A stretch of DNA of 64,000 nt. Origin: Phoronis australis (Eukaryota > Animalia > Phoronida). Of the stretch, positions 12,386 through 25,386 are shown in pieces. Location: contig NMRA01000614.1 of NCBI GenBank assembly GCA_002633005.1, positions 76,974-140,973 on the forward strand, in the 5' to 3' direction. The notes under the pieces were generated by a model that saw only the letters and a list, made by a program, of their open reading frames with translations, did no database searches and was not told the origin of the DNA. The position numbers and the translations under genes were made by a program. How positions within the stretch are numbered: position 1 is the stretch's first letter; each line of letters starts with the position of its first letter.

Positions 12386-12570
12386 ATGGCAACTCGCCAG
12401 GCGCCAATCCCGTCTTAGTCAAGAGCTCATCCGACAAAGACTTAACGGGTCGGATCGTTAGGTTTCACAGGCTATCAGTTCGAACCGGAATGCACTGATC
12501 AAGAACTACTAGAGAGGCGCCGAGAACATGCACAGGCAACGGAAAGTATGGATAGTTCTTTGGTAAGCCG
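12386..12570 (+). pseudogene. Kolobok accessory ORF (KolX / P2X7-C-terminal-like) N-terminal remnant
   Basis: ATG at 12386 with in-frame stops, then GFTGYQFEPECTDQELLERRRE. The Y-x-F-E-P-E motif is typical of the N-terminus of this ORF family. Confidence 0.5.
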
Positions 12571-12793
12571 GAATTCGACAGAGAAATCACTGTCAACGAA
12601 ATGCCCGCCAAAGACACGGAGATGTTTCACGGCCTCATACTTGCTATTAACTGCGTACCTTTCGTTCTTCACTATCGCTAGCCACATCCGAAGCATTTCG
12701 GGCTCTCGAGGAAGTCGAAAAACAATATACCCGCTTTCTTCGCAGCTTCATAGTTCGTACAAGCGGGAACGATGCACCGCAATATAGCGGCAT
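12555..12793 (-). pseudogene. THAP domain remnant of the Kolobok transposase
   Basis: With frameshifts: RCIVPACTNYEAAKKAGI / FRLPREPEMLRMWLAIVKNERYAVNSKYEAVKHLRVFGGHFVDSDF. This is the C2CH THAP signature with the third Cys mutated. Confidence 0.8.
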
Positions 12794-13324
12794 TTACTCT
12801 GCAGACGAACCACTGACGTCGCTGCGTCGTTTCTCATCTACCCCACAGGTTAACGCGACACCTCTCGGCAAGGTGAGGTCGACCGTATAAGAGGCGATAT
12901 GGATATAGACCGATTAAGACGGTAAAAAAGACTAATTAAATCGGGTGGCATTCTCCTTTAAGTGATACCTGCGTGCTGGCTACCACCTAGCAGCACGCAG
13001 CGAACCAGCGAGTGTCAACTGCAAGCTCAACACAGCCTCTCATTGGCCCATTTCAAACCGCCTGGGATGTCACGACATTCCAATTACAATTGGTTGATTT
13101 TGAGCCGCTACGGCCACTACTAAAAACAAAATTTCAAATTTCTTTTTGTCTATGATATGAAAAAGAAGCGATTAAGCAAACAAATAATCAGTGAAATGTG
13201 TATTGACCTAAGGGAGCTGTGTTTGGCACGAACTATATAACTTATTCAATGCCTGCGTGACGGAGAGTGTCATGACGTGATCGTCACACGCCCAAGACGA
13301 CGCGAAACTATTGATTTTCGAAGT

Positions 13325-13560
13325 TATGCTAGTGTATGCGCGCCTGCAGAAATCAGATTGGAACCCATTGTGTATTGCAATCAATTCATTCAACTCTATT
13401 CAGGCAGAGCAGATGGTGCTGTTTGGCAGGGAAGCCATTCTTGGTGTCATGGTGTTGACGTCTCCGGTGCTCCTGCAAAATGGTGAATGCTAAACAAGGA
13501 CCCTTTGGGACCGCTGAAGCCACACACATGCTGGCGCCCCTAGTGGAGGTCATGAGATTT
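13325..13560 (+). repeat. Interspersed repeat fragment (related copy at ~21670-21830)
   Basis: GTGTATGCGCGCCTGCAGAAATCAGA...AACTCTATTCAGG resembles GTGTGCGCGTCTGCAGAAATCCGA...AACTCCATTCAATTCAGG. This copy ends in a GCGCCCCTAGTGG motif. Confidence 0.5.
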
Positions 13561-15572
13561 CACTCCGAACCGACAACGTACCCTGACACTGACAGGCGAA
13601 CGATTCGTCATTGTTTTTTGTAGAAACATAAATTCCGATAAAAAGAATGATTTATAATACCAACTTCATGTAGATAATTGTAATTCTCATAGTAATGATT
13701 ATCAGTCGCCAGTTATGAGTTATCAAGCGTTGGCTATGGCCAGGGCCCGGTGTTTTTTCATAAAACACTACTGAAAGATTTCGAGCAACTTTTTTGAACA
13801 GTTCTGAATATGCCACTGAATCAAAGTATACTATTTACTACATCAAGTGTTAAACGTTTTAACACCAATTAATCAAAACATGTTTTGTAAAATAAGAAAA
13901 CCAGGCAAAAATGGCCTGATAAAGAAGTACTGTTGGTTCTGACAAAAAATAAATGAACACTACAATAACAATGCCTAGATATGATCAGTGTGCTTTAACA
14001 TGTCATGTGGAGAATTCCTCGCTTACACCAACCGCCGCTCTGATCCCTAAGCCTCAGACAACTTTCATGATGCCTATTCAGCACGCTCTCTGTATTGATG
14101 TAGATCTGAGGTAATGAAGTGGAAAGGTAATAGCTAGCACTACTTTATTAACAACGGTGGTCGTTTTACACCCAAATTGTTTTTCTTTGGCATTTGCAAA
14201 GAGTTAAAGTCTGCAACGTGGAGAGCAGTTTTAACTTAGTACATTTTAAATATTACCAAAAGACTAAAAAGTTAATTTGCGTTGACCACTTCCCAAAGGA
14301 ACGTTTGTTTTAAATATGTTTCATACCTGTTTTCATTACTTTAATTTATTACACTTGTCTACTTGTTTTTTTAACGGTTAGGGTTGCTATCTTTTTATCT
14401 TATGTTTAAACGAAGTATCAAAACAACTTAGAAGTCAGTTAATTGTGAACACATCCCTGAATTTTCCAGATTACAGCTACTGCAAACATGTCACAGCAAA
14501 TAAAACTACAAGTACCATTAGTTCAAGTTCAATCTTTATTAGAACTCAAATCATAAAATATATACAAAAGTGCAAATATGGTGATATCCAAACTGAAGAT
14601 TTGGAACCTCTGGATTGTTTTGGTTGCAGTAACTACATAATTAATCTACCTTTTCCACAGTCATCAAAATGAAATCACAGCTCTTGCCCACCGCCTCCAA
14701 CCTCATCCACTGCTTACACTCTCTCGTTGACTACAAATGTAGCCATCCTAGTTGTCTTCACAGGCATTCCATTACAACCGCAAGCAAACTATCGAAATTG
14801 GCGCATTTCCGCAAAGAGTAGTTTTCCGGTTAGTGTACTACTTTTGGAGTAAAGTAGTTCGGTATGCACTGGTCCATAAGCGATGTTTTAAAAGTTACTG
14901 ACATCTAATTTAGTCACTGTGGGTTGTTTATAGATGTTTTAATGTACCTTAGTTGTATATTAAAAGAATAATCCATGTGATATTGTTAACTCTGATCAAC
15001 GTTTGTTAATGACGGAGTATATCAATACATTTATCTTCACTCGTACCCAATGTTTGTAATTTTTAGTTTAACAGTACATCGATTTTTGGAAATAGAAAAC
15101 TAAAATTGGTTGTTTTTTCGGTTGTTTCTTCCATCTGAATACAGCTGTGGTATTTGTTTTTAACGAAAACTGTTGGTTAGTGCATTTTGAAAAATCGCCA
15201 GTATGTATAGGCAAAGATGTTTACCACAGTTTTATGGTCGGGTAATTACACTTATAATTGGGTCTTGCTTGCACTGGAAAATTCGATCATCGCAACTGAG
15301 TCCGATTCTGCCGCTGCGCTCTCTTTGATGTCGGTAAAAGCCGCTCAGGACGAGCGGTGAGAAGTCACGCATATCTTTAGAAATGCGTGACTCGTGTAAG
15401 CGTATTATTCACGCATTGGGACAACAAAGTGGCAGAAATTCTACAGAAATGTTTTTAATGAAAATAAATTCTTCAGCTGAGTCCTGCTCTGTGAGTCTTG
15501 GATTTTGAAGCTAAAATCTCTGAACTATTTCACATGTTCTTGAACGGGGCGGTCTCAAAGAACACGAGGGTA

Positions 15573-15705
15573 GAGTTCAATAACGCTAGGACCTACGCTA
15601 TGGCCTCGCTAATATCTAGCCAAAATCACGTGTACTCATTCAAAATACACGGCAATTTCTCCAGTAATCTCACGAAGCCTTGATTTCAGCGAAGTCAAAG
15701 CGTTC
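15573..15705 (-). mobile_element. MITE family B, degenerate copy
   Basis: GTTCAATAACGCTAGGACCTACGCTA...AAAATACACGGCAAT is homologous to 44019-44174 and 51286-51443. Confidence 0.7.
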
Positions 15706-18700
15706 CTCAACTTTATCCTGTTTCCGGTGTTATTGTAACTTCCTGTTTTGTCGTTAAGGGAAAGCTGGATATGCCGTTTTCAATTTATTGGAACATTATT
15801 AATTTTCTGATACGTAAGGCACTCAAAATTAAGCAAAAAATATATAAAAACACAGCAACTGCTGTAAAATCATAAAAAATCACCACAGCTGCCAGCACTG
15901 ATGCGTGCGACGTCAGCTATCCAAAATCTTTTTTCAACACTTATCATTATACCCGGCTCTGTCAGTCATAGAGGCGCTGTGAAAGAATTGATAGTTAAAG
16001 GCCCGAATGAGCATTTTCAGCCAACACTACTTACATATTCGGTTGTTTAGTTATGGCGTGCCATTGTAGTAGATGACGCAATTTGGACCAGGACATAAGA
16101 ATAGACATGCCGTCACACTGGGTTCAAAACGTAATAAATGACGTCATACTGAACATTCCAATATTCTGACGAAAACTTCGTGACGTTAAAGGTAATACCA
16201 AGCCACCATTCCGCTCTGCCTTTGGTAACTGTGCTGCAATTCTTTAGCTCTCTTTTATCGTAAATTGTCTGTTTTCCGAACGTGGACACGTGAAATGTCC
16301 CCGATTTCCATACCTTGTTTGTCATTCCTAATTGAACCGACTTGTGGACGAGACGTTCTTGACATCTGGTTAAGTGCAAGCGTGTCCATTTGCGCGAAGA
16401 ATCAAACAATCGGTAGAAAAGACTTCAAGTTTACTTATTTAGTTACTGCTGAGAAGCAGGAATTTCCTATTCAGCAAGTGTAGTATTTGTGTGGTTGCTT
16501 TGGTTAGCTCTGCAAGTTATTTTCTGCTACGCCAGTGTCTGGGAGCACAACACAAACCTCGGACAACATCGGTGTTGTGTAGTAACTTAGGTGATTGCGT
16601 GTGTAATAAATAGAACAGTTGATTGAATAAGTATGTAAACTAAATACCAGATTAATTAATTTGGACAATTCATTATCAATATTACCAGTTCAACATTCGC
16701 ATTACATGCTAAATATAGGCGTTATGATTAACTGATTTGCTACTGCATTTCGCTTTAACATAAAATTGTTCTGTAAGACATAAACTTGGTTACAAAGTTA
16801 GGTTTTCTTTTTGGTCCCTACAGGTACTGTAACCATTACGGAAATGGTAAACCAGTTTTCCCAGCAACACACAATTTGTATCGAATCTTTCTAAACCATG
16901 ATAGAAAGTAACGTCCAATAACAAACACATAAATGAATTCACTTGCTAATAACTGAGAAGAGTGTACGAAACGCCTAGGCTCTCATCTCTGAACTTGGAA
17001 ATTTAAGCAATCCCACCACATGATTTGAGTACTTATTTGCAAGTTTACTCCAAGTGTGCTTTGATGGACTTGGTCGGTTTTCGAGTAGAGATTCAAGTAC
17101 AGAGGTTGGAACCTGGACCCAGTTTTCCAGGGTTGTTCAGATCTATCAGATTGGGCAGCCGTGTCGTGCCTGTATTCTCTAAAGGCAATCACAGGAATAT
17201 TTAAGTTGCTGAATCGTTTTTTTACAATTTATATTGGTTTTGAATTGATTTGAATTGAAATTCGATAAGGTTTTACCAGTTTTACCAAGTTTTGATTTTT
17301 TGCCAGGTCTTTGGCATTTGGTTTTCAATGTTTCAGATTTTTTTAGCATACCGATTAAATTTTTAAGTATTTATTGTTAGAGAATGCAAGGACACGTAAT
17401 TTAGATCAATGTTAATGATACTTGTTTCTATTTATATCATACAAACATTTGGTTCAATTTGAATTTTCTCATTCATCTAACCCTAGTCGGTGTCCCCCGC
17501 TCAGAAACCAATGTTATCCACCTATGCTGGCTGTGCTCGACGTTTTGTCGAGCGACGGTTTTCGAAGACATTTAGAATGTTCCTCTTTATCTTCTCACGT
17601 GCTTTTTACAAGAAGTGCAATCCCAAATTTCAGAAATTTGCCTTTTAAAAGGGCCACGTTCAAGTATCAGACTCCGATGTCTGTTTCCGCTTCCGTTAAT
17701 TGAAAGCACTTCCCTCGTATCCAAACGACTAATTCAAGTAAAAACTAGGTCAGTGGGGGTGTTGAAAATGACTAAATGCATTTTCTTCACTTTATATCAC
17801 AACATAAACTTTTAATTAGATGTACATTTGATGGAACGGCTTGAAGAACAAGAGATTTGTGTGGAACATGGCGACTTCTTACACCCGACTTTTTCTGTGC
17901 ACCCGGTGCTATATTGAGGTCGTCCATTCGGGGGCATCGCAACTACCTCAGGTAACGCTTTGAACTGCAAACTTTCGGCAACATTATTTTCTAACGGATA
18001 AGTACTTTCTCCGGCGTATCTGTAAATAATCATTTTAGGCAAATTACGTGTAGGCCTATAGAGCTCCAGAAAAGTCTGAACTTTGTGAAATCGCGTAAAA
18101 TCTTGTCTACCTGCAATTTCAAACAATTCAAATTAGTGAAAAATGGTAGAACATAGGTATTCACCATCTTCACCAATGAGGACGATTTTACAGACACGCT
18201 ATTAGTCGCATTGCTTTGAGCATTACGACCGTCTAAAGGCATGTCCATACTCAGCGATTTGTCTGAAACACGTAGTTGCAGGGAGTTGCATACGTGTGGT
18301 AGACAAATCGCTGAATTTGCGTGATCTTGCGTTTTCGTGAGGTTCTTGCATTTTTGTAGTGCACGCAGCTTGAAGTACACTCCGAGCCCCCGCTTAATCA
18401 AAGGTCGTAAGTCTGCAGGTCGTAGCTCAGTAGTACGGTCGTAATCACGTTACTGCAACTGGCGTCAAGTTGAATGTTTATCATTTTCAGACTTAACGAT
18501 TGCCTTCACTAGTAACGTTCATGAACTGTGAGTAAATTAAAATCGAAATTATGAGTGTCTTAGCTAAGACTGGACTTGAAACATTTGATAAAGCAGGTCC
18601 CACGCGATTTCTGCTTTTCCAATTGCATCGATAATTGGACTTTTACTGAAGAGATAGGATTCACTAAATCTTTCCCAAAGAATTTATTTAGTGTTAAATT

Positions 18701-18925
18701 TCACTTCCTGTATTCGCATTCTAAGCGCACTTAGTCGCTCAAGCATTCTCCTCATTTGCCGCGCGAAAACGAATCATTTAACGAGTCACTTCACAACACC
18801 GAAGAAATACTCCCAGAACGCTATCGACTTCGCTGATGCGCGAGACCATTGTGAACGGCAACAGTAGCCTGCGTGGCAATGCCTTCTGCGAGAAACCGAT
18901 AAAATATTAATGTGATTTGTTTCGG

Positions 18926-18978
18926 CCAATCCAATCAAACGTAGAAATTGTGAGACAGAAAGGGGAACCGAATCCAAT
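18926..18978 (+). promoter_or_regulatory. CCAAT-box cluster upstream of the candidate gene
   Basis: CCAAT at 18926, 18931 and 18974, which is 110-160 nt upstream of ATG 19088. Confidence 0.35.
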
Positions 18979-19087
18979 CATGTTAAAGTAAGTAATCAGA
19001 TCTGTCGTGCCTTTGGGAATCTTAGAAGCACTGTAGCAACACGCGGATGGATGTTTGTTGAAATATAGACAGCGGTGCAAGTTGCTT

Positions 19088-19480
19088 ATGGATTTCTTAG
19101 GGGACAGCGACCACATTCAAATACACGCTAATATGGAGAAGCATAAGTCGTCTCCACGTGGTTTCACGAGAGATTACTATACCTTTCACGTACCCGCTCT
19201 GTCACCATCCATGGAGGAAGTAAAGAATTTTGAAAATAGCGAAAGACATCTTCCCAAGAGTAATCATTCGTTGAAAAGTTTAGGCAGTTCCGACTGTCTA
19301 GGTCACGCCAACTTGGAAATAAGGAGAAATCATTCATCACCCGACCAGGACAACTCTGTCGTTTTCACTCCTAAATTGGTTTATTCGGCAACAGACGGCT
19401 GTATTAGAGAAAAAACAAAAACGAATGTTGATTTCACAAAACTGGCGGGAAAAGGCAGGCGAGCTCTGTTAGTTGAAAAG
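19088..19480 (+). CDS. Candidate first coding exon of an uncharacterised gene
   Basis: Lies in the longest ORF of the track (19055-19489). 131 codons from ATG 19088 end exactly at a consensus donor AAG|GTAAGT (phase 0), just before the in-frame stop. No recognised domain. Confidence 0.5.
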
Positions 19481-21833
19481 GTAAGTTAATCTTTTACGTG
19501 TATTTTCAAACATGTTCACTAAACTGAAATTATGGTGGACGGATTTTTTTCTGCGTTTCAAATAAAGTTTCTGCCTTTTTCTTACATTGATGATTGCCCT
19601 GGATAAGATTTAAAATGAAAGTTTTAGATTTGGTTACCAACCCTGTTCTACTGCACAGTTTTACGCAAAACGTGTGTCGCAACAACAACAACGATTTTCT
19701 ATCACATAGAAAATTAGTGGACATGTTCCAGTGCCTCTTAACATGACATTGATAAATGGTTGTTAAACATTACATACTCCATGGATTTTGTTATCTGAAT
19801 TGTAAATTTGACATTTAATACTAGTGACTTTATTTGATTTATGAAGCCTTTAAAAACCTTTGGAACAACCTACTATGTACAGTATTACCTTATTCATCCG
19901 TTTGACAATTGATAACAATCTAATAATACATAAACCGAGCATTTAATAGTAAAGCAATCATTCTTAATAAATTCGTTATTCTCAACCAGGCTTCCGACTC
20001 ATCAGTGTTGTATTAACGTGTATAAGGCCTCTGTCACACCAAACCCGTTCTCAGATCGTCCCGACCCCGTCCTAAATTATTGACGGGACGAACTGAGTAT
20101 GCAAGAAAATTGGAAACTTTGACCAAAAACATGCATTGAATGCGAAACCGTCTTTGGGGGTCTAACTCAGGAAAGTGTATCCTACGTTTATTCCATTCAC
20201 ACTCCGTTTCAGCGTTTGTGTTTAAATTCTTCAGAATGTATTGCGAAACTCCTTGATATGACAGGGCTCATATACATATAGAAATCGCCTCCCGACGACA
20301 TGAACCTGCTTGTCAGATTGATATTAAAATCTGATGCACAATTGATAAAAAATATGATTTTCATTGTCAGCAGATCACTACGGCTGGTACTGCGATCTGC
20401 ATCCACCAGGCAACCCAAACTTTAACACATCTCTGGGCCCGGGGTCATCCCCAGTCCCGAAACTCGACTCGAGTATTGACCAATGGCATGGCAAGCTTCG
20501 TGTTAACTTTCAAATCTGTGCTGGAATGATGCCGCGTGATTGGTTAGTTCCGAGTCGGAGTCTGAGTTAGGAAATTAGATCCTGGGCAATAGTTCTAAGC
20601 TTGCGACAAGGTGAACTGGCTAAAATGCCCATGTGTTGGCAAGAGAGTTCATTTTCGCTGATCTGCGTGATTGCTACTGGGAATTCCCGTATGCCCATCC
20701 TCTTAGGTGTATAGCAAAATTTCTGACTGAATTACTATGAGTACTTCTGGAGCCACAACAATAAATTTCGACGGCAAGGCTAAAAAGAATCAAATATTCT
20801 CAAAAAAATATGTTTTACATGTCCTGTTTGCATTACATGTAAGTCTTCCCATTTCTGAATTAGTTCTTGGTGTACACTCGGGTCCTGGAAGGGCAAAAAT
20901 GAGTCACTCCTTATTTCCACAATAACACTAACGTTGACAAGGGGGTCGATGATACTCTCCGAGGGGAGTCGGTGAAAGTCATGAGTGGCTTTGAGGTGTA
21001 ACGTGTTCAATGAAAATTTAAAGTTTGTCGTGCTATTTTTTCATTGCATAAACGTACCATTAGTTTTCATTTACAATTCGTTAAAATTTGGACCGAAAAC
21101 GTATTACAGATTGGTCTTTTCACAATCGCGCTAAGCTTTCAGACACAGTTGTATACACATTTCATTTGCAAGAAATTTCTAAGGTTTGGGTTCGGTTTTT
21201 GTTGTAACTCTAACCCAGTTGAATACGAGCCGCATTTTGTATTCGACTGTTCACTGAATGATTGTCACCAGCACACTATACATAAATCCACACAGATAAG
21301 ACACCCCGGCTCAGAATTTCAGGGGTCTATTCAAGAGCAACGGGCTACAGGGTTACATTATCCATAAGTAATGCCTTGGTATATGAATCCAGAGGCATTG
21401 CCAAAGGCAAGTAATTTGTACGCTGTCTCTCGTTGGCTCATTGCAAACGTAAAGACGTCACAGCATGATTATACCTCATAGCTAATGTTTTAAGAAAAAA
21501 CTTCAGCAACGTCTTTTTGGCTGTGCAATGAAATAAAAGGAAGTGAGATAGCGAATGAAAAATTGGTAAAATGTGTATTATTGAAGCGAGCTGTGGTACT
21601 CATGTAACTTTTTAGAGCCTGGAGAAGGTCGCGAAGTGGTCGGTGTTTTAACCGTCACTGGCTTCAGGAAAACGTCGATGTGTGCGCGTCTGCAGAAATC
21701 CGACTTGATGCACATTAACTCCATTCAATTCAGGAGAAGGTTGTGTTGCCTATTGAAACGTTCATACACCATGATTGTTGTTCACATCGCAAGACTGACT
21801 TAGGCACGCCCACTGGTGTCCACGTTATACTTC

Positions 21834-21977
21834 CAGCCCTGGGTTCAGTAACGCTAGGACATGGGTAAAAAGCAAGATTTCGCGAGATTACGTGAGATAT
21901 TGTCGTGTGTTTTGTATGAGAGCATGTGATTTTGGATAGATTTTAGCTACGTCATAGCGTTACTGAACTCTGTCCTG
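21834..21977 (+). mobile_element. MITE family B copy (Harbinger-like)
   Basis: TIR GTTCAGTAACGCTAGGAC...GTCATAGCGTTACTGAAC with internal AAAAAGCAAGATTTCGCGAGATTACGTGAGATATTG. Confidence 0.8.
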
Positions 21978-22280
21978 GCGTGCGTTCCGTGGAGGTTAGA
22001 ATATCGCAAGGACACACAAGAATTAGATCTCGATTTGTATGACAAGTGAACCACGTGATAACTCTGGCTTCCTTAGCGAAATTCTTGCCGTGTCATTGCC
22101 TAGACATGTGCAGCACAACTCTGATCACAAGAGAGCGCTGCGAAAGAACGTTGTAACTTCGGTTGCAGTTGGGAGATTTTGGCTATTCAAAAACTAAGCA
22201 TGATCACCATTTGACGAAGATTTCAGAAATGCTGTTGGTTTATGTTCAAATATGTTATAACTTAACTTTTATTTTAACAG

Positions 22281-22505
22281 CGCAACCCAGTCAGGGTAGG
22301 TACGATCTTATTGGAGATTAAGCAATTATCGAACAAAGAGAGCTGGCCCTCCAACCATAGGCCTAAATGCCAGAATGGAGTTAATCAGTCGTGTAAGATA
22401 TTGGCTACAGGGGTGAACTTCCCAACCTGTTGTTGGGCTATAGAATCGAACAAGTTGGGAGCAACGGGAAAACGCCATAATGTAGTCCACCAGATTGGTA
22501 CCTAG
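22281..22505 (+). CDS. Candidate terminal coding exon of the same uncharacterised gene
   Basis: Acceptor CTTTTATTTTAACAG|. Only phase 0 stays open (74 codons, RNPVRVGTILLEIKQLSNKESWPSNHRPKC...IGT*), compatible with the 19480 donor. AATAAA at 22549-22554. Confidence 0.4.
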   Translation, partial: RNPVRVGTILLEIKQLSNKESWPSNHRPKCQNGVNQSCKILATGVNFPTCCWAIESNKLGATGKRHNVVHQIGT

Positions 22506-22956
22506 CTGAAGACAGACGGATCCGATCGAATTCTTGCGCATGACTGATAATAAAAATGACATCGGCAACACAAGGATACCGCGTCACCATCATCATTATT
22601 TATACCCGTGCTGATCACAGACTTCTGACGACAATTCCTTTAGTAAACTCAGGCTCAGACTCAGTGCATATACTGGGCTGGTGTTAAATGATTCAAAAAC
22701 TTGTTTTCGTATTATACTTATAATTCATTGTGTACAAATTAACAACAAAATAACAAACAAACGGCATTTGGCGTAAAATAACGACACCTATCAGCCAAGT
22801 TAACTCATGTGACTTTCCGAACAAGGAAGTCAATACAATCTGGAACACGAGCGTATCGTCGGCTTGCACGAAGCCGCCTGAGCGTTGGCGGCCGGAACCA
22901 GGCTACGTAGTCCGCAGTTTCTAACTGGGCACGCGTAGCACGTGCAGCAGTGTACC

Positions 22957-23112
22957 CAGAAGCGGCCCAGGATCGGAGTTAAGGGGAGCCAGGACAGAGT
23001 ATTAGTCAGGATTTTGCCCGTCAGACATTCGCACCCCCGAACTGCCAAATGGAATCTGGGAGAATTTTAGGGGAGCCATGGCCCCCTTGGCCCTCCTCTA
23101 AATCCGTCACTG
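22957..23112 (+). mobile_element. Short hAT-type MITE with 5-bp TSD (hAT5-like), deletion derivative related to 60456-60699
   Basis: CAGAAGCGGCCCAGG...GGCCCCCTTGGCCCTCCTCTAAATCCGTCACTG, with GTACC on both flanks (22952-22956, 23113-23117). Internal CGAACTGCCAAATGG(A/T)ATCTGG(G/T)AGAATTTTAGGG is shared with 60659-60693. Confidence 0.7.
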
Positions 23113-23224
23113 GTACCCGACTTTTTCACAGTCTCTGCGTAACCTAGAGACTGTTAACTCGGATTGGCTATTGCAACAACTGTTTGTGTTAGTCGAAATC
23201 TCACTGTTGTTGCGTAATGGCGCT

Positions 23225-23341
23225 TTATAACTTGAGGAGCAACAAAGCTGGCCGCTTGAGGGTGTAGCAGTGTGCCCCAGTGGGACTCGAATCAGCGGTT
23301 TGGTGTAAAGGAAGCGGGCACTTGACTTAGCACCCTCCTCC
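23225..23341 (-). mobile_element. tRNA-derived SINE, degenerate 5' fragment
   Basis: Reverse complement GGAGGAGG...CAAGTGCCCGCTTCCTTTAC...GATTCGAGTCCCACTGGGGCACACTGCTA...GCTCCTCA matches the head of the SINE at 25468. Confidence 0.65.
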
Positions 23342-25386
23342 TAAATGGTGTCTTGTAGTCACTGGCCCGAATTTATGTTTGAATTTTTGCCTAGTTGTTA
23401 TGCGTTCATACATGCGCCAGCCTCGCGCAATCAGTCGCAAATGTCACTAAGCTTTCCAATGCAACAAGTTACAGAATCGAGTCGAATTTTCCTACACGGG
23501 GGCCAGGTAGCTGTCACGGCAGCTGGTGTTTACGATCTAATGGAAATCAACCAAGGTAGAGAGCTAGGAAGAGTAAACAAGGAGAATTTTACAGTGCCTT
23601 CTGTGGAGACACGACAATAAAACACAGATTTCATAGAGTAAATAGCGAAGACAACGCTTTGTAATAAATGTATCCCATCAGTACGTGAACCCTGCAGGGT
23701 TGTTTGGACACAGAATCTTTCAAATTATTCATGAAGTTAGCATATATGCATCGAATCAATTTTCTATGGATAATTTGCGCAAACAAGTTTTCTCAGACTT
23801 TTTCGAAGCATTTATTATTAACAACACGTTTGCTAGGGCATTTAGACGATCTTTACCCGAGTGTTTGCCATTTCATATGAGCTCGGTGGAGCAGGACAAT
23901 TTGACATTGTTAACACCTTCTCGATGCAAATTAGTTGTTCTAATATCAATGAGTGTTAAAAAAAAAACAAATGAGTTAGCTATCTCATAAAGTATTTCCA
24001 TGACAATCCCATGATAAACTAATGGTCTACACCACATGATTATGTGTATTTACATACAGTGTATATAATGTATACCTCTCAAAAGAATATAGGCAGTGGT
24101 CTGTCCTATGTGTACATGTATATTAGGGTAGACCATTCAAGAGGAAAGATAATCGTTCGACTGGACCTCTTTTTCTTGGACATTTTTGCAGATTTGTGTT
24201 CAGTACTTGATATGTAAATCATTCAGTCAAGCCTCTGGAAAAGCTTGCTGTAATTTTCTCCAGAGGCCTAAGAAGCCGACTGACTCCTTCTACAGTAGGC
24301 AAATAAACATGCCCTTGCTTTCCGCTAGGACATGCGTCCCCGAGGGCCACCGCAGACGGATAGTTACGAGTTCAGCTGTCTACCTCAAGTTCAATTTACG
24401 TCGCGTAATTGTTACTCGCACACATCGAGGCAAAATAATCATTGAGCTGCAAACTACCTTCGAGGTAAACAGCGTAAATGTAGCGTATAAGGTTACAATG
24501 AGACAGCAAGACGGACTTATCAGGTGATGCAATAATTAATTTTCATTGGCTACCGGAGATAATCGGATACGCGCATATAGCACACTTCGCCTGCATACCA
24601 GGAGGATTAATTACGTTTGCGATATGAACGAAACTTAGCTAGTGTCATTCGCCTCTCCTCCTCATGAGGCAAAATTCTCATGGTTTATTTTGCCGCAGAC
24701 ATAAGCCCATATGTATTCAAGGAGCGTAGCTCTCCGTCTGCGGTGGAAATGTCTACATCGAGCTGTAGCAACAAACAAGCATGCAGGCAAAAATTTGAGA
24801 AATCTTCTTCACCTATCCCAAACCATACGCTTTCACTCATAGTTGTGTCACATCTTGTTACTTTGCTATTCCAAGCACTGAACCACAAAAACGGCATTCA
24901 ATAAAAATTCGGTACCCGACATTAGGTTTTTCAAACGATGCACCCCTCGAGTCAGTTGAAACGTTTAGTACTGAATAGCCGTCATGCGTATCGAAAAGAG
25001 CTGACGTAATAACACAACTGACAGTTCTCCATAAGTACATGAGGATTCGTCGGGTGAACTCAGCAATGGCCGCGAGTCGTGTGGTCTCCGGAAGTGATCT
25101 GTTAATGACTTGGAAAGTTATAGTTCGCGAGAATAGATCAACATGGCAAATGAATCTATGTATGTCTTTTATTTCCAATTTCAGGTAAGCCTCTGTGCTC
25201 ATCTTGAGATTTAGGTTAGTATGAGTATAATCTGATTCGTTTTTGCCTTTCCGCGTTGTGCTAACCACGCTGGGTCTCAAGTCTTCTAATCATTTAAGTT
25301 ATAAGCCCGAATGCCGACAAACATATTTTCGTCGTTGATTTCACGGTGGTAAATGCCCGCGCTTTGTACACTGTATCAAGGCAAGG

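Larger units (their letters stand above)
11304..12957. mobile_element. Kolobok DNA transposon, non-autonomous and internally deleted
   Basis: TTAA at 11300-11303 and 12958-12961. 15-bp TIR AGTAGAATGCCACCC versus right-end reverse complement AGGAGAATGCCACCC (14/15). Contains convergent THAP and KolX/P2X7-C-like N-terminal remnants. Confidence 0.8.

Noticed and set aside
14650-14770. Tudor/MBT-like start MATFVVNERV*AVDEVG on the minus strand
   Set aside because: Too short, interrupted by a stop and frameshift, with no supporting context.
17820-17951. Exon-like segment reading CTFDGTA*RTRDLCGTW (MAM-like)
   Set aside because: All three frames contain stops and the acceptor is weak.
20026-20615. 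Harbinger-like terminus GGCCTCTGTCACACC
   Set aside because: No convincing matching right TIR or TSD.
20780-21010. Minus-strand ORF vaguely like an alpha/beta-hydrolase C-terminus (SDSFLP...TGHV)
   Set aside because: No usable splice acceptor and no other exons; the resemblance may be chance.
24858-25280. 140-aa minus-strand ORF with VDLFSR (integrase-like)
   Set aside because: The second Asp and the Glu motif are not found, and there are no LTR or TIR signals.
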